In this document: piece by piece, positions 39,662 to 51,116 of the stretch
Numbering within the stretch: the stretch's first letter is position 1
Layout of the letters: each line of letters opens with the position of its first letter
DNA from: Felis catus
Taxonomy: Eukaryota
Direction: 5' to 3'
NCBI RefSeq assembly: GCF_018350175.1
Contig: NC_058383.1
Span: forward strand, 682,001 to 746,000
Length of the DNA stretch: 64,000 bases
The notes under the pieces: generated by a model
Told to the model about the DNA's origin: nothing
The model's database searches: none
What the model saw: only the letters and a program-made list of their open reading frames with translations
Translations under genes and position numbers: made by a program

Positions 39662-41784
39662 AATATGTGCCTCCTTGTTACTCTGCAGATCTAACCTGAC
39701 GGTCCTTTCTCTTACACTCTGGAAACGTCTCCGTTGTCCCTTCAAATATTGGCTACTCCCCGTATTTATGACCCCTTTCTCTAGGGCATCCATCAACCAG
39801 ATATCAGCATTGTTGCTTCTATCCACCTCTTTTAGGCACCTTCTTCTTGTTCCCGGTGTCACGCCACCAAGATAAAGACTCTCACCTCTTTCAGGGGCAT
39901 GTCGTACTTATTTTGATGCACTGGCCCTTCCGTTGGGCTGCTCCTGTGATCACCGGTTTACTTCCTTCCCTTCGGTCTGGCTGTGTGTCTTCGGGAAGGA
40001 GACAGGGCAGATGCCGTCTGTGTATCCGAGTGGCCGCCACCACCACCATCACAATGCTTAAGTACCGTCACCACACACGACTGTCCCATCGGTGCGTCAT
40101 GGCCACTCCCAGCTTCACCCCTAACCCCGGAGACCACGAAGAGCTGCACTTGTCACTTCACGAACGTCACGTAAGTGGGATCTCGCTGCACTCACCCTTT
40201 AATGACTGCCCTTTGGACTCAGGACATTTTCCCTAGAGTCGCCAGCTCCTTGTGTAGAGCAGCCGTTCATTCCTTTGTATCTCTGAGGACACCTGTGCTG
40301 AATTTCCACGTTTGAAGATTCTCTTATTGTCTGCTACTGATTTTCAGTTTGATTCGGAGAACATAGTCTCTGTATGGTTTCAGTTCTTTTAAATTGATTT
40401 TGTTTTATGGCCCAAGATACGGTCTCTCTTAGAATATGTTCCACGGTCACTGGAAAAGAATGTGTCCTCTGCTATTGTTGGGGGGAGTGTTACACAAGGG
40501 TCCCTTAATCCTGTCGGTTGAGGGCGGTGCTCTTGTATATCTTTGCTGAATGTCTGTCTAGTAATTCTAGCAACTGCTGAGAGTGGGTAAGTAGTCCTCA
40601 TATAAAGTCCTTCATATGCTCTGAAGCTGTCATTTGGTGCCTGTGCACTTGGGATTGGTCACTTTATCATTAGGTAACGTCCCTGTTTTTTCCTGAGAAA
40701 GCTTCTTCACTCTGAAGATTAGTGTGGCTGATATTAGTAGAGTCTATCTGCTTATTAAAAATTAATGTTTACTTGATATATCCTCTTCCATGCTTTTACT
40801 TTCAATCTACCCACGTCCCTGTGGCCAAAATGAGCTTCAGCGTACAGTAGACAACGCAGAGTCGGGTCTCAGTTTATTCACTCTGCCAACCTCTGTCTTC
40901 TAACTGGTACATTTAGACCATTTACGTTAAAGTAGTCATTGACATATTAGGGCTTCTGTCTGCCATTTCATTAATCGTGTTTGTTTCCTCTCTTGTGCCC
41001 TGTGAGATCCTGAAACATTTGTGAGAATTCCATTTAATGTTTCTGCCTCTACCACCGTGTTGAGTTTTCTCAGCGGCTGCTCCAGACATCACCACACACA
41101 CACACACATACACGGCACTTAGAGGTCCCCTGGTATCGATGTTGTGCCATGTCGGCTGCAGTGTAGAAACCTTACTGCCACTTATGTCCCTTCATCCTTC
41201 CCACTTTTCAAATATAATTATAAATATTTCCTCTGCAAACACTGAGCCCCACATCGGTGTTATTTTCTGCTTCAAGCATCAGCCATGATTAAAGAAACTT
41301 ACGAAGTGAAAGACGGTCAGTCATGTTTCCTTCCACTCTTACCCATTCTATTCTTAATTTTCTGAAGGTCCCTGCCTCCCTGTTACAATTTTCCTCTTCT
41401 TGGACAGCTCCTTGTAATCATTCACCAAGGGCAAGTCTGCTACCAACAAATTCTATCAGTCTGCTTCTGTCTGAGAATATTTTCATTCCTCCTTCACTCC
41501 TGAGGACGGTTCTGTTGGTAGAGAATTCACTTCCCTTTCAATCTCTTTCAATGCTTGAACAACATGCCACTTCCTCCCGGCCTCTGTGATGTAGGATAAG
41601 ACACGTGCTGTCACTCATGCTGCTGTTCCCCTACAGGCCATGCATCATTTCTACGTATAACATTTTTTCTCCTCTCTTCGGTTTTCAGAAGTTTAACTAT
41701 GATGTGTTTCCCAGTCCTGTGGCCAGAAAGCGGTGGTTCGTCCTGCAATTTTCTTGCCCGTGCTGTGACTGTTAAAATAACATT

Positions 41785-42180
41785 TGACAGGCAGAACCTG
41801 AGGGGTCAACAAGGACTGGGAGGGAAAGTACACGAGAGGCGCTTATGACTCACAGGTCCTGGGCGTACACAGCACAGCACGTGGGGAGGTCGAGGCAGGG
41901 CACAGGCAGAGAAAGGGTCCGTGGAGTGCTTTGGGGGTTCGGGGCTAAGGCCGGGTCGGTCAAGTTGAGTGAAAAAGAGCAGGGCTTTGGTCAGCTTTGC
42001 AGGGGCTCCCTGGGCGTCAGGGCAACGTGCTTATCACAAGGGTTGCAGGAGAGTTATACCAGAACTTTCACTGACTGGGACTCTGCAGGAATTCTAGGAC
42101 ACGTGCGCGTGGGAGGGGCTGGTGCTGGTCCAAAGCCCCTGCAGGCTGCCTGGCTACACTCCACGGACACAGAGGCAGCA
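41785..42180. mobile_element. Probable solo LTR (5-bp TSD, ERVL/MaLR-like)
   Basis: TG...CA termini (TGACAG ... GCAGCA) flanked by ACATT at 41780-41784 and 42181-42185; 396 bp; family not identified. Confidence 0.55.
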
Positions 42181-42739
42181 ACATTATAGACGAGTTTAGT
42201 CAAACTCAACAGCCTGCAGGCAGTTCTGGGTTGGGCTGCAGGCCTCTCTGGCACCTATTCTGGGAACCTGTGAGAGAGAAGAGGAAAACCCAGGGAACCC
42301 ACCGTGCGGCCACCACCCAGTGCTGAGGACCCTGGCCTGTCCTTTCCCATCACTGTGGAATTACTGGTAAGGTATTCCACACGAAGGAGCAAGGAACAGT
42401 GAGTCTGCACCACGCTTTCTGGAGCAGGAAGCCGCAACACCGTAAGTCGACTGCCGCTGTCCCATCTGGGGCAGAGCTCACCTTCAAACAGCCGCAACTG
42501 CCCCCCACTCCCCCCACAGCAGCAAAGCACGCTCAGAAAAGTGCCAGCCTGCCGGTGCCGACTCTCCCACCCCTGCAGCCTTCCTTGTGTCCCCATCAGT
42601 CTAAGATAAAGGCCCTGGTGGTCTGACCCCCTCCCCCCCTTCCTGCTCTCCCTGGGTCCCTGGGCTGCAGCCACAAGGAGCTTCCAGAACAGCCTCGGGG
42701 CCTCCCTGATGGGCTCCCTTGGCAGACCGGGTGCCTTCC

Positions 42740-43618
42740 ACGACAGTCTGGAGGCCAGAAGTCAGGGCTGGTTCCTCCCCAGGCTGCTGGGGCAGGTCTG
42801 TCCCGGGCCACTGTCCCCAGGCTGCCAGGCCAGTCTGTCCCAGGCTGCTGTCCCTAGGCTGCCGGGCCTCTCTGTCCTGGGCTGCTGTCCCGAGGCCACT
42901 GGGCCGCTCTGTCCCGGGCTGGTGTCCCTGGCCTGCTCACGTGGTGTTCCCCGTGTGTGCTGCATTCACCTCCAAAATCCGCCCTTCATAGTGTAAGGGT
43001 TAAACTGTAGTGTAGGGCTAACGCTTAGCTTGAAAAATAACAGCTTTGGGTTGACCCTGAAGGTTAAGAGATAACAGCCTTGCTTTGCTATTGTAAACTA
43101 CGCCTCATACTCTTGTAAATTAGGCTTCACCAATTAAGGAAACAAAAGTTCAAAGAAAAGAGCCTCAGAGGCAGGGTCAAGGAGATCCACTGGTTGCAAC
43201 TTAGAGGCAGAAAGTCTAAAATAAACACCTCGGTAGGCAACTGTTTCTAACTCATTTGGCAACTGTTTCTTTGTTCTGTTCCCAGGTGATGATAAAACGA
43301 TGTGATCGGTTATAAAAACTCTCTACCCCCAGCTGTTCGAGGCTGCACTCTTATCAAGAGTGTTGGTCCCGGTCGGTCGGCCTTGCCTCTCACTGTAATA
43401 AACTTTGTTGTGACTGTCACTGGTGCCCATAGCATTCTGTTTCAGGAGTCGTGTGGATGCAACAATAGGGGCAGTCGCATGGGACCGTGGCCCCCGTGAC
43501 GTATTTTTACCCTGATGGCCGCTGTAAGGTCCCTATCGCTAAATAAGGTCGCGTTCTGAGGTTCTCGGGACTAGGACTCCAATACACGAACTTGGGGGAG
43601 ACAATTCAAACCACAGCA
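42740..43618. mobile_element. MLT1 (MaLR) LTR remnant split by the ERV LTR
   Basis: Recalled MLT1 hallmarks: ctggaggccagaagtc on the left, and aaataaggtcgcgttctgaggtt...gggggagacaattcaaaccacagca on the right. Confidence 0.65.
42992..43464 (+). mobile_element. ERV solo LTR (4-bp TSD, ERV1-like), nested in an MLT1 remnant
   Basis: Starts TGTAAG, ends GCAACA, flanked by ATAG (42988-42991 and 43465-43468). CCAAT 43130, TATAAAA 43311-43317, AATAAA 43397-43402. AT-rich relative to its flanks. Confidence 0.8.
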
Positions 43619-43699
43619 CCCCCACCCGGGGCCTCTGCCCCTGCCGTTTCCCTCCCTCTCCGGCTCTCCCGCCAGAGCCTCCGCGGAGTTCCTCTCACT

Positions 43700-44900
43700 G
43701 ACCCTGCCCGGTCACCAGTGCTGTCACTTCACGGGCAGGCCTTACCTGTCCACATCAAGTCCCCTCGCCATTCATTCCCCCGGACCAGTTTCGCCTCCTA
43801 TCGCTACGCTGAGACCCGAGCGCGCAGGAACCCGGGGCGTTTCCGGCCCCTCCCGGCAGTGTCCCGTCGGCGCCCAGAGCTGCCGATAAAGTTGTATTCG
43901 CGACCAACCGGAAGGGGAGCCGTAAGCCGCGCCGCGAACGTCGTGAAAGCGCCGGTCTCCCCTAGCGACGGGCAACGCGGGCAAGATGGCGGCACTGGTG
44001 GCGGCGGAGGCCGCGGCGCCTCCGGGCCCGGCCGAGGCGGCTGAGGCGGCCGAGACGGCCGAGGCGGCGGAGCTGAGCCGCGCCCTGAGCCGCCTGCTGC
44101 CCGGGCTTGAGGCCGACAGCAAGCTGAGCCGGCGGCGCGCGCTCGAGGCGCTGCAGCGCGCAATCGAGGCGGCGTGGCCCGAGGAGCCCGCCGCCGAGTC
44201 CGCCGCCGCGGCCGCAGGCTTCCAGGGCCCGTGGGCGCGCCTGCTGCTGCCGCGCCTGCTGCGCTGCCTGGCCGACCCGGCGGAGGGCTGCCGCGCGCTG
44301 GCGGCGCACCTGCTGGGCCTGGGCCTGCGGCGCGCCGCGCGGCCCCGCGACGCCCTGCCGCGCCTGCTGCCGGCGCTGGTCGCGCGCCTGGCCGGCCCCG
44401 AGTCCGAGCGCGGCCGGCCGCCCGAGACCTGCGAGGAGCTGCGCCTGGCGCTCGTGCAGCTGCTCGGCCTGGCCGTGCGCCTGGGCGGCGCCGCGCTCGC
44501 GCCCCACCTGGACGACGCCGTGAGGGTGCTGCGCTGCACGCTGCTCGACCCCTTCGCCGCCGTGCGCCGCGAGAGCTGCCAGTGCGCCGCCAGCCTAGCG
44601 CGCGCCACGCCAGGTGCCCGTCTCGCGCGGGGGTCGGGGTGGGGGTGCGGGCAGGCACGGGCGCCGTCCCCGACGCCCGAAGCTGCGGCCGCTCCTGGCC
44701 GTTCGGTGGTTCGCAAAATGCAGAGTCGCGGAAACCCCGCTGAAATCGCCCGGAGGGTCTGGGACGCGGCGCGTTCCGGTAACTGCTTCTCACCCGCGTG
44801 GCGAACCCGGGCGCTGGTGGGAGCGCGCTCCGAGACTCACCGCTGCGGTCTCCCAGGCCTCGTCCCCATCGCTAAGCCTGTCGGTCTTCCCTCTTTGGGT
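43700..44900. promoter_or_regulatory. CpG island, DNAAF5 promoter and probable bidirectional promoter shared with PRKAR1B
   Basis: CpG-dense; ETS cores CCGGAAG (43908-43914) and TTTCCGG (43840-43846); YY1-type CAAGATGGCGGC (43982-43993) overlapping the ATG; X-box-like element at 43955-43976. Confidence 0.85.
43986..44613 (+). CDS. DNAAF5: DNAAF5 (HEATR2) coding exon 1, HEAT-repeat dynein assembly factor
   Basis: [20 protein letters not shown]...[18 protein letters not shown]...[28 protein letters not shown]...[24 protein letters not shown] matches the HEATR2 N-terminus. Donor CAG|GTGCCC is phase 1 and joins the next exon to give TPDHFHMQ. Confidence 0.95.
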
Positions 44901-45336
44901 GGGAGCGCTGTCCTCCTAAATGGAGAGAGGCCGCTTCTCTCATGTTTTCCTTTAATTCGTTCTCCATTATTTTAAGAATTCTAATCTGATCAGGACATTC
45001 CCTTTTTCTAAGTAGCTGTTTCTGCAGGAGCTTGCCCCAGTTAACTTCTCCTTACCGCCTCAGACTGGGATGTGGAATGGTTGGAGGCCTCTACTTAGTC
45101 CCGTTGGGAAGGCTTCCTGTAGGAGGAAATACAGAGGTTGAAGATCTGTGATCTGTGGTCTGGAGGAAACCAGCTTTGAGGAATAAACAACTTGGTAGAT
45201 CTGAGGAGCAGAAAGGAGGTCAAGATTGCTGGAGGGAAGAAAGGGGGGAAGCTGCTGCAGGTTTGAATTTAGTGTTAAATGCAATGGGGAGCCAGCGGGG
45301 GGTGTGGAGAAATGGCGGGAGAGGCTCAGATTCTGA

Positions 45337-45548
45337 TTTTGTTTTTAACGTGTATTTATTTTAGAGACAGAGAAACAGAGCACAAGTGGGGGAGGGGCAG
45401 AGAGAGAAAGAGACACAGAATCCTAAGCAGGCTCCAGGCTCTGAGCTGTCAGCACAGAGCCCGACGCGGGGGCTTGAACCCACAAACTGGGAGATCATGA
45501 CCTGAGCTGAAGTCGGATCCTTAACCGACTGAGCCACCCCGGCACCCC
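45337..45548 (-). mobile_element. Can-SINE in DNAAF5 intron 1
   Basis: Reverse head; flanking TTCTGAT; host sequence resembles L2. Confidence 0.88.
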
Positions 45549-46827
45549 AGTTCTGATGTTTAAAAGATGACTGTGGTGCTCAGAGAATTGATCACCAAAG
45601 GTGGCAAGGGGAAATGAGAAGGTCAGTTGGGGCGAGAGTTAATCCATACTTAGATGATGGTTGGCTTGGACTTGTGGGGGCGAGCGGTCCGCTAACAGAC
45701 ATGGAAGAAAATGGATGGATGGATGTCAGGCATGAAGCCGGCAGGGTGTCCTGTCGAACTGGGTGGCGGATGAGGGAGAAGGAGGTTTGGGTGGACAGGA
45801 GACAAAGAAGAATGAATGAGGCTTCCTTTCACCCCTTGCTATTAGGGACCGTCAAGATTAACACTGTGAGTCACAAGTTTGGATTCAAATAGTACAGAAT
45901 TCTAAGAGAGCTGGGTTTGAGGCTTGGGCTGCAGACAGCCATTGGGAATTACAAGCTTTTAACACATTTCTCATTGACCCCCGACCACTTCGCTCCCTGG
46001 TCTGTGTGTCAGCCAGGGTGACGGCTTCTGCCTTGCAGCCTTTGCGTGTTCCCTCACTGGATTGTAAATTCTGGAAGGGTGGGGCAGTGCCTGCCCGCAT
46101 CCTGGGTGCCCACTCATTTCCGAGCGAGGGACAGTTCCTTGTGCTTGAAGGATGTCCCTCCTCCAAACCCTCTACTCTGCCGGCTCCCCGTGAGGACCCT
46201 CTCCTGGATCCACACCACACTGGGCAGCGCTAGGTCAATATCCCGCCTTGATCTGAGGCCCTCAGGGTGAAGGAACTCAGCTACAGCATCACCGAAGTAG
46301 CCGTCTGTGGTTGTGTCTCCAGCAGCGGCAGAACTGAAGTCAGAACTCCCACACCAGCGGGCCGGCCTACCTGTCAGAGACATCCCAGTTCTGATTTTGT
46401 GCGAGGCCCGAACAAGTAGGAAGTGGAGTGGCTTCACCCCAAGTGATGTCGGCCCTGTTCCCTGTGTAGCACCAGCCATCTGGCTTCGAGGCACAGCCAG
46501 TGTGGGGACTTGGGCAGCGTCCTCCAGGCTCCGTTTCTCTCCTTTGTTTGGCATCCCTCTTGGACACCCAGTGCCACTGCTGTCAGCCTCACACTCTCCT
46601 CGTAGCTCCTGCCTTCGGCCGAGAGGGAGTCAAGCCCCTGGCCTTTTCCTTTCGTGCCGTCTGGGCCACACGCCAGTCCTGTGCCTCTCCCGGCGCCAGG
46701 GGGCACACACCTGTGCTCGGCAGGCCGGCAGCAGGGACCTGGGTGGGGAGAGGGCGTTCCGGGACCCGGAGGGGCCTGTCCTCCCAGGAGCCCGTGGAGG
46801 TAACTGGCTTCCTCCCCTGTCTCACAG

Positions 46828-47012
46828 ACCACTTCCACATGCAGTCGGAGTCCTTGATCGGCCCCCTGATGCAGAGCATCTCACACCAGCACTGGAAGGT
46901 GCGGGTGGCTGTCATCGAGGCCACCGGCTCTGTGATCCAGTTTGGCAACGGGAAGTCGGTGGACGACGTCCTCCCTCACTTTGCTCAGAGGCTCTTCGAT
47001 GACGTCCCCCAG
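46828..47012 (+). CDS. DNAAF5: DNAAF5 exon 2, 185 nt
   Basis: [62 protein letters not shown]; acceptor ctcccctgtctcacag, donor CAG|GTAACA. Confidence 0.96.
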
Positions 47013-47999
47013 GTAACAAGTTTCTCCTCCAGGTGGTCCGCCCCTCTTCACCGGGAACGTGCTATTTGTAACCCCTTTTTTTCTGTAAAACTCTTACCTG
47101 TTGCCCTGGACATCTTGCATCATTCGCTGTCACTGGGTGGTCTTAGTCCACGCCTCTGGGAAAACAGGGAGAGTTGAATTGTTTTAATATGTTCGTTGTT
47201 CTTCACTTGGGGGAACGTGGGACAGGAGTATTTCCTCCTTGGAAAACAGTCGAACTGTGTGTAGCGTGTGGTTTCAGAGGCGTCTGTGAGACGCACGTCC
47301 ATCGAGGCGGATTGATGAACCCCAGCGGTTGGTGAACCAGACCTGTGAGGAGGAGGAGGAGGGTCAGAATTGGTGTGTCGGGGTCATGTTTCTGTTGGGC
47401 CTTGGGACCCACCGAGAGAGAGACAGACCGAGACCAGAATGCTGGCTTTTCTGTTGGCAGAAGTCAGGTGGGAGGCTGGGTCATGGATGTGAGGCCACAG
47501 TTTGCTTATAGAATCTGAAGACCCCCGGCAACAACAAGGGGAGGAGAGCCACCCGCCCCCCAGAGGGAGGAGACGGGGAGGGGCTCACTTAGGGGAGGGA
47601 GGAGATGGACGAGGGGGTCGCCCGGGGAGGGAGGGGCAGCGGTTGCTGGCGGAAGTCCCCCGAGTGGTTAGAAAGTGCCCCTGCCTGTGGCTGTGAGGGC
47701 ATGAGGTGGCCCAAGGTGGCCAAGGACTGAAAAGCTGGTGCTATGGCCGCCTGGCCCCTGCTGTCCCGATGGGGGAGCACTTGTGTGCCGGCCCCTCCCC
47801 CATTGTCCACACACCGTGTCCTTTAACCCTTCACACCAGCTGCTCGCATGTCCCCTGCGGTCTAGAAATGGTGCTGCACGCTCAGGGTGGCCCCGCCGGA
47901 GCTGGCCCCCGGGGCCCAGGTGTGGTGACACTAGAGAGTGTTGCCCGGCACCATCTGGCCGCCTGGCCGCAGGCACGCTTCAGTTTCCTTCCAAGTTGC

Positions 48000-48720
48000 T
48001 TTGTCTGGTTTTATTTTTTTACGCAGCTTTATGGAGCTACAACTCACATAGTGTGCAAATCACTCATTTAAATGTTCGGCGTTTTTGGTATGTTATTTTT
48101 AGAGTGTTTGGTAAAATACGCGTAACGTAAAGTGGGCCATTTCTACCACTTTTGAGATGGAGTTCGGACGCGTGAAGGACATTCACGACGCGGTGGGACC
48201 GCCGTTGTTAACCACAACTTCTTCCCATCGCACCCTCCCCCCTCCTCCCCTCCCCCACTCCCTGCCGCCCGTGAGCAGGACAGCGAGTGGTCTTGGTGGC
48301 TCTTCCACTGGGCGACGTGTTGGAGCAGGGGTCACGCTGCGTTCCTCCGTGAGGCTGAGGGATCGCCGTTGTGCGGTGGGCTGTATTCTGTCCCTTCACC
48401 CGTCGCCGGGCGCTTGTGCCAACGTGGGGACGCAGGTGTCTGAGCCCACCTTCGCTTCTCTGGGGCCGGGGCGTAGACCCAGGAGTGGGGGTGCTGGGTC
48501 GTACGGTCACTGTCCATTTGGCCTGTTGAAGAGCCATCGGGCCATTCTCCGCGGTGGCCGCGCGCCTGGCATTCCCGGCAGCGGTGTGCAAGGGGTCCGC
48601 CCCCTCCACGTCCCCACGGCGCTTCTCCGGGGTCTGTGTGTGTCTGTCGCCGTCCTGCCAGGTGTGAAGCGGCGTCTCAGTGTGGCCCGTAGGCACGTGT
48701 GCACAGGTGCACAGAAGGGG
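48000..48720 (-). mobile_element. GC-shifted L1M 3' end remnant
   Basis: gtaaaatacgcgtaacgtaaag...ccatt and cccaggagtgggggtgctgggtcgtacggt motifs. Confidence 0.55.
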
Positions 48721-51116
48721 CCCTGATGCCTGTTGGGGTTGTGTGGACGGCTTAGAGCTTCTTACCACTTGCTGTTGGATTCCTGACGAGGCAGAGGGGC
48801 TGGGGGTGGCCCCGGCGCCCCTTGGGGACTGGAGGTGCCTCTCGGCAGGATGAGTCTCCCTCAGGGCTCTAGGGGCCAGGACAGAAGCCCCCCTCAGTTG
48901 CCCGCCTGTGACGTCCCGCACCGGGGTCCGGGTGTGACGTGCCAGCCGCCCAGGATGTCGCTTCAGGCCGTGTCCCTACACCCCAGGGACAGAGAGCCCC
49001 TCCCTGCTCCCAACAACCTGCGGGCCGCTGAACGGGGGTGACTGAGGACACTGCCCCCCCCCCCCCCCCCCCGTGAGCTGGATGGGGTCGGCACCGGGCA
49101 GCATGGGAGGTGGGGACCGAGAGCAGAAGCGGGCTCTGCCCCGGGAGGGGGCGGGGTGCTGGGTCGGCTGCAGCCTGGACTGGAGACCGGCCTCGACTGG
49201 AGACCTGCTGCGGGAAGCGGGGGCCGAGCTGGATCCCGGTGGCAGGCGATGGTGCCGCCACCCCCGGGACGGCCTCCCTCCCGGCTTGTGCCAGGCGGAC
49301 TCGAGGCGCGAGGGCAGATGGAACAGCTTTCCTCGAAGGAGCGTGATGACTGCGTACGACAGCTTTGTGTGAACAGTGCTACTGAGTATCAGTCGGCAGC
49401 TTCCCGTAAACAGCCTGTTTGTGTCACAGGCCCCGTGAGCGTGGACCTGTGAATGGGTGTCGACAGGTCCCTGTAAACCCTATGGCTGCGTGTCAACGGA
49501 CAGGTCCCTGAGAACGGCACGGCCGTTGCTGCCGTCAGGGGCAACATTCCGCCTCCTTGCTGACGGAGTTTTCCAGAACTTGGGGCTGCAACTCTTTCTT
49601 GTGGTTTAGTATTCCAGAAACACTGTCCGCTATTAAAACTATCTTTGTTTTCGTTTCTTCCCGGTGGGATTTGATTTGCTCTGCACAATTTCCAGGGCCG
49701 ATCGAGGTAGGATTTCCAATCCAACCTGGAGCTGGCCACCAGCTTTCTCGCCGATGAGGGGCCCTGTCATCAGGGTGCCCAACAAGTTCCTCGCAGTGAG
49801 TTGGTAGGGAAGTCACTGGCTACCCCTTATGTGTCTGCACGGGGTCTCAGGCCCTCGTGGTCCCGGGCTCCGCAGGTGTTTCTGCGGTTTCAGGGGCCGG
49901 GCCTCTTGCGGTCCCGTGGACAGCCCGGGGCTGTGTCCGGATCTCAACACGCTCCACGCGGAAGGTGAGGATCTCTCTGCTCCGTAACTTGTGCAAAACA
50001 TCCCGCAGCGACTGTCTTACGGCTTTTGCCGGACCGTATCCTGGGTCACCACACTGCAGGGCAGGTGGCTGCCAGAAGTAACTTACTAGAGGTGCTTCGC
50101 CCAAATTGACCCTTTCGGTCTGTGTGGCCCTCCCGTGCAGAGGAGACCGTGAGGACCCCCGTCTCACGGGTGGGAAAGCGGGGCACAGAGGGGCACGGAG
50201 CTTGCCCCAGGGGCAAGGGGGCTCAGAACGTGGGCGGTAGGTCCCGGAATTCCTGCTCTGGAGGTCCATCACCTCAGGTCTCCGGGACATGTCTGAGCAT
50301 GTGGGAAGAGGGTGTCCCAGCGCGGCAGGGCTGAGGTGGCTTCCTCTGAAACCCGCCCTCCACACGCGCCAACCGTGAGGGGAGGCACCGGCCGGGGTTC
50401 TGCCCCTGGCCATAGTCCTCCGTGTCCTCTACAGCCCTCGGGTGCCCCTGGAGTCAGCCTCGTCTTCACGCACCCCTGCGGGTTGCAGGTGATGACGTCT
50501 CAGCCAGCAGCTGGGATTGTGTGTGCTCTCCGCGGTCTGGGTAAGACGCGCCGACCCCGTTATGGAAGCGCCTGGGACCTGGGACCTGCCTGGGTGCCGC
50601 GCGGGGCCCTGCCCGGGAATGCCTGGCTCGGCAGGCTGGACAGGCTGGAGCTCTGGAGCTCGGCCGCCCCATCTGCACCGCTGCCGCCGGCCCAGCGGGC
50701 ATCCGGGCCCGGCCTCAGGCCGTCCCCAGGCCCCCGCCTTCTGCCAGCTCCCCGGTGGAGCAGAGAAGTGGGTGGGCCCTGCCCCGGCCCTGCGAGGACC
50801 TCACTGGTGCTGAGGGGTGATGAGTGCGGGGACGGAGCGGTGCCTGAGGAGGAGACGGTGCACCCCCAGCGGTTCTGGGGACTTTCGAGGCTGTGGGAGG
50901 GGATGTGATGAACTACAGACCCTGGGGTGGAGTCCTGCCTCGGGGCACCGAGCGGGTGTCGGAGTCCTGCGTTCGGTCAGAACAGCCTGAGACGGGGAGC
51001 CTGTCGCTCTTGTGGAGCAGGGTACTCTCTGGTGGCAGGTCTCGATTTCACCGCAGGAGCGAGAAGATCTGGGACCTGTGCGCAGGGGAAATGGGGTCCC
51101 CATGTGCTCTGCCGTT

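Larger units (their letters stand above)
37480..41700 (-). mobile_element. Degraded ancient LINE-1 fragments
   Basis: T-rich L1 antisense motifs; minus translation TFFSSDRGTYSKRDRILGHKT resembles the L1 endonuclease region. Boundaries approximate. Confidence 0.65.

Noticed and set aside
43772..44793. Long antisense ORFs (314 and 329 aa) over DNAAF5 exon 1
   Set aside because: Ala/Arg/Pro/Gly-rich shadows of a very GC-rich coding exon; no recognisable domain.
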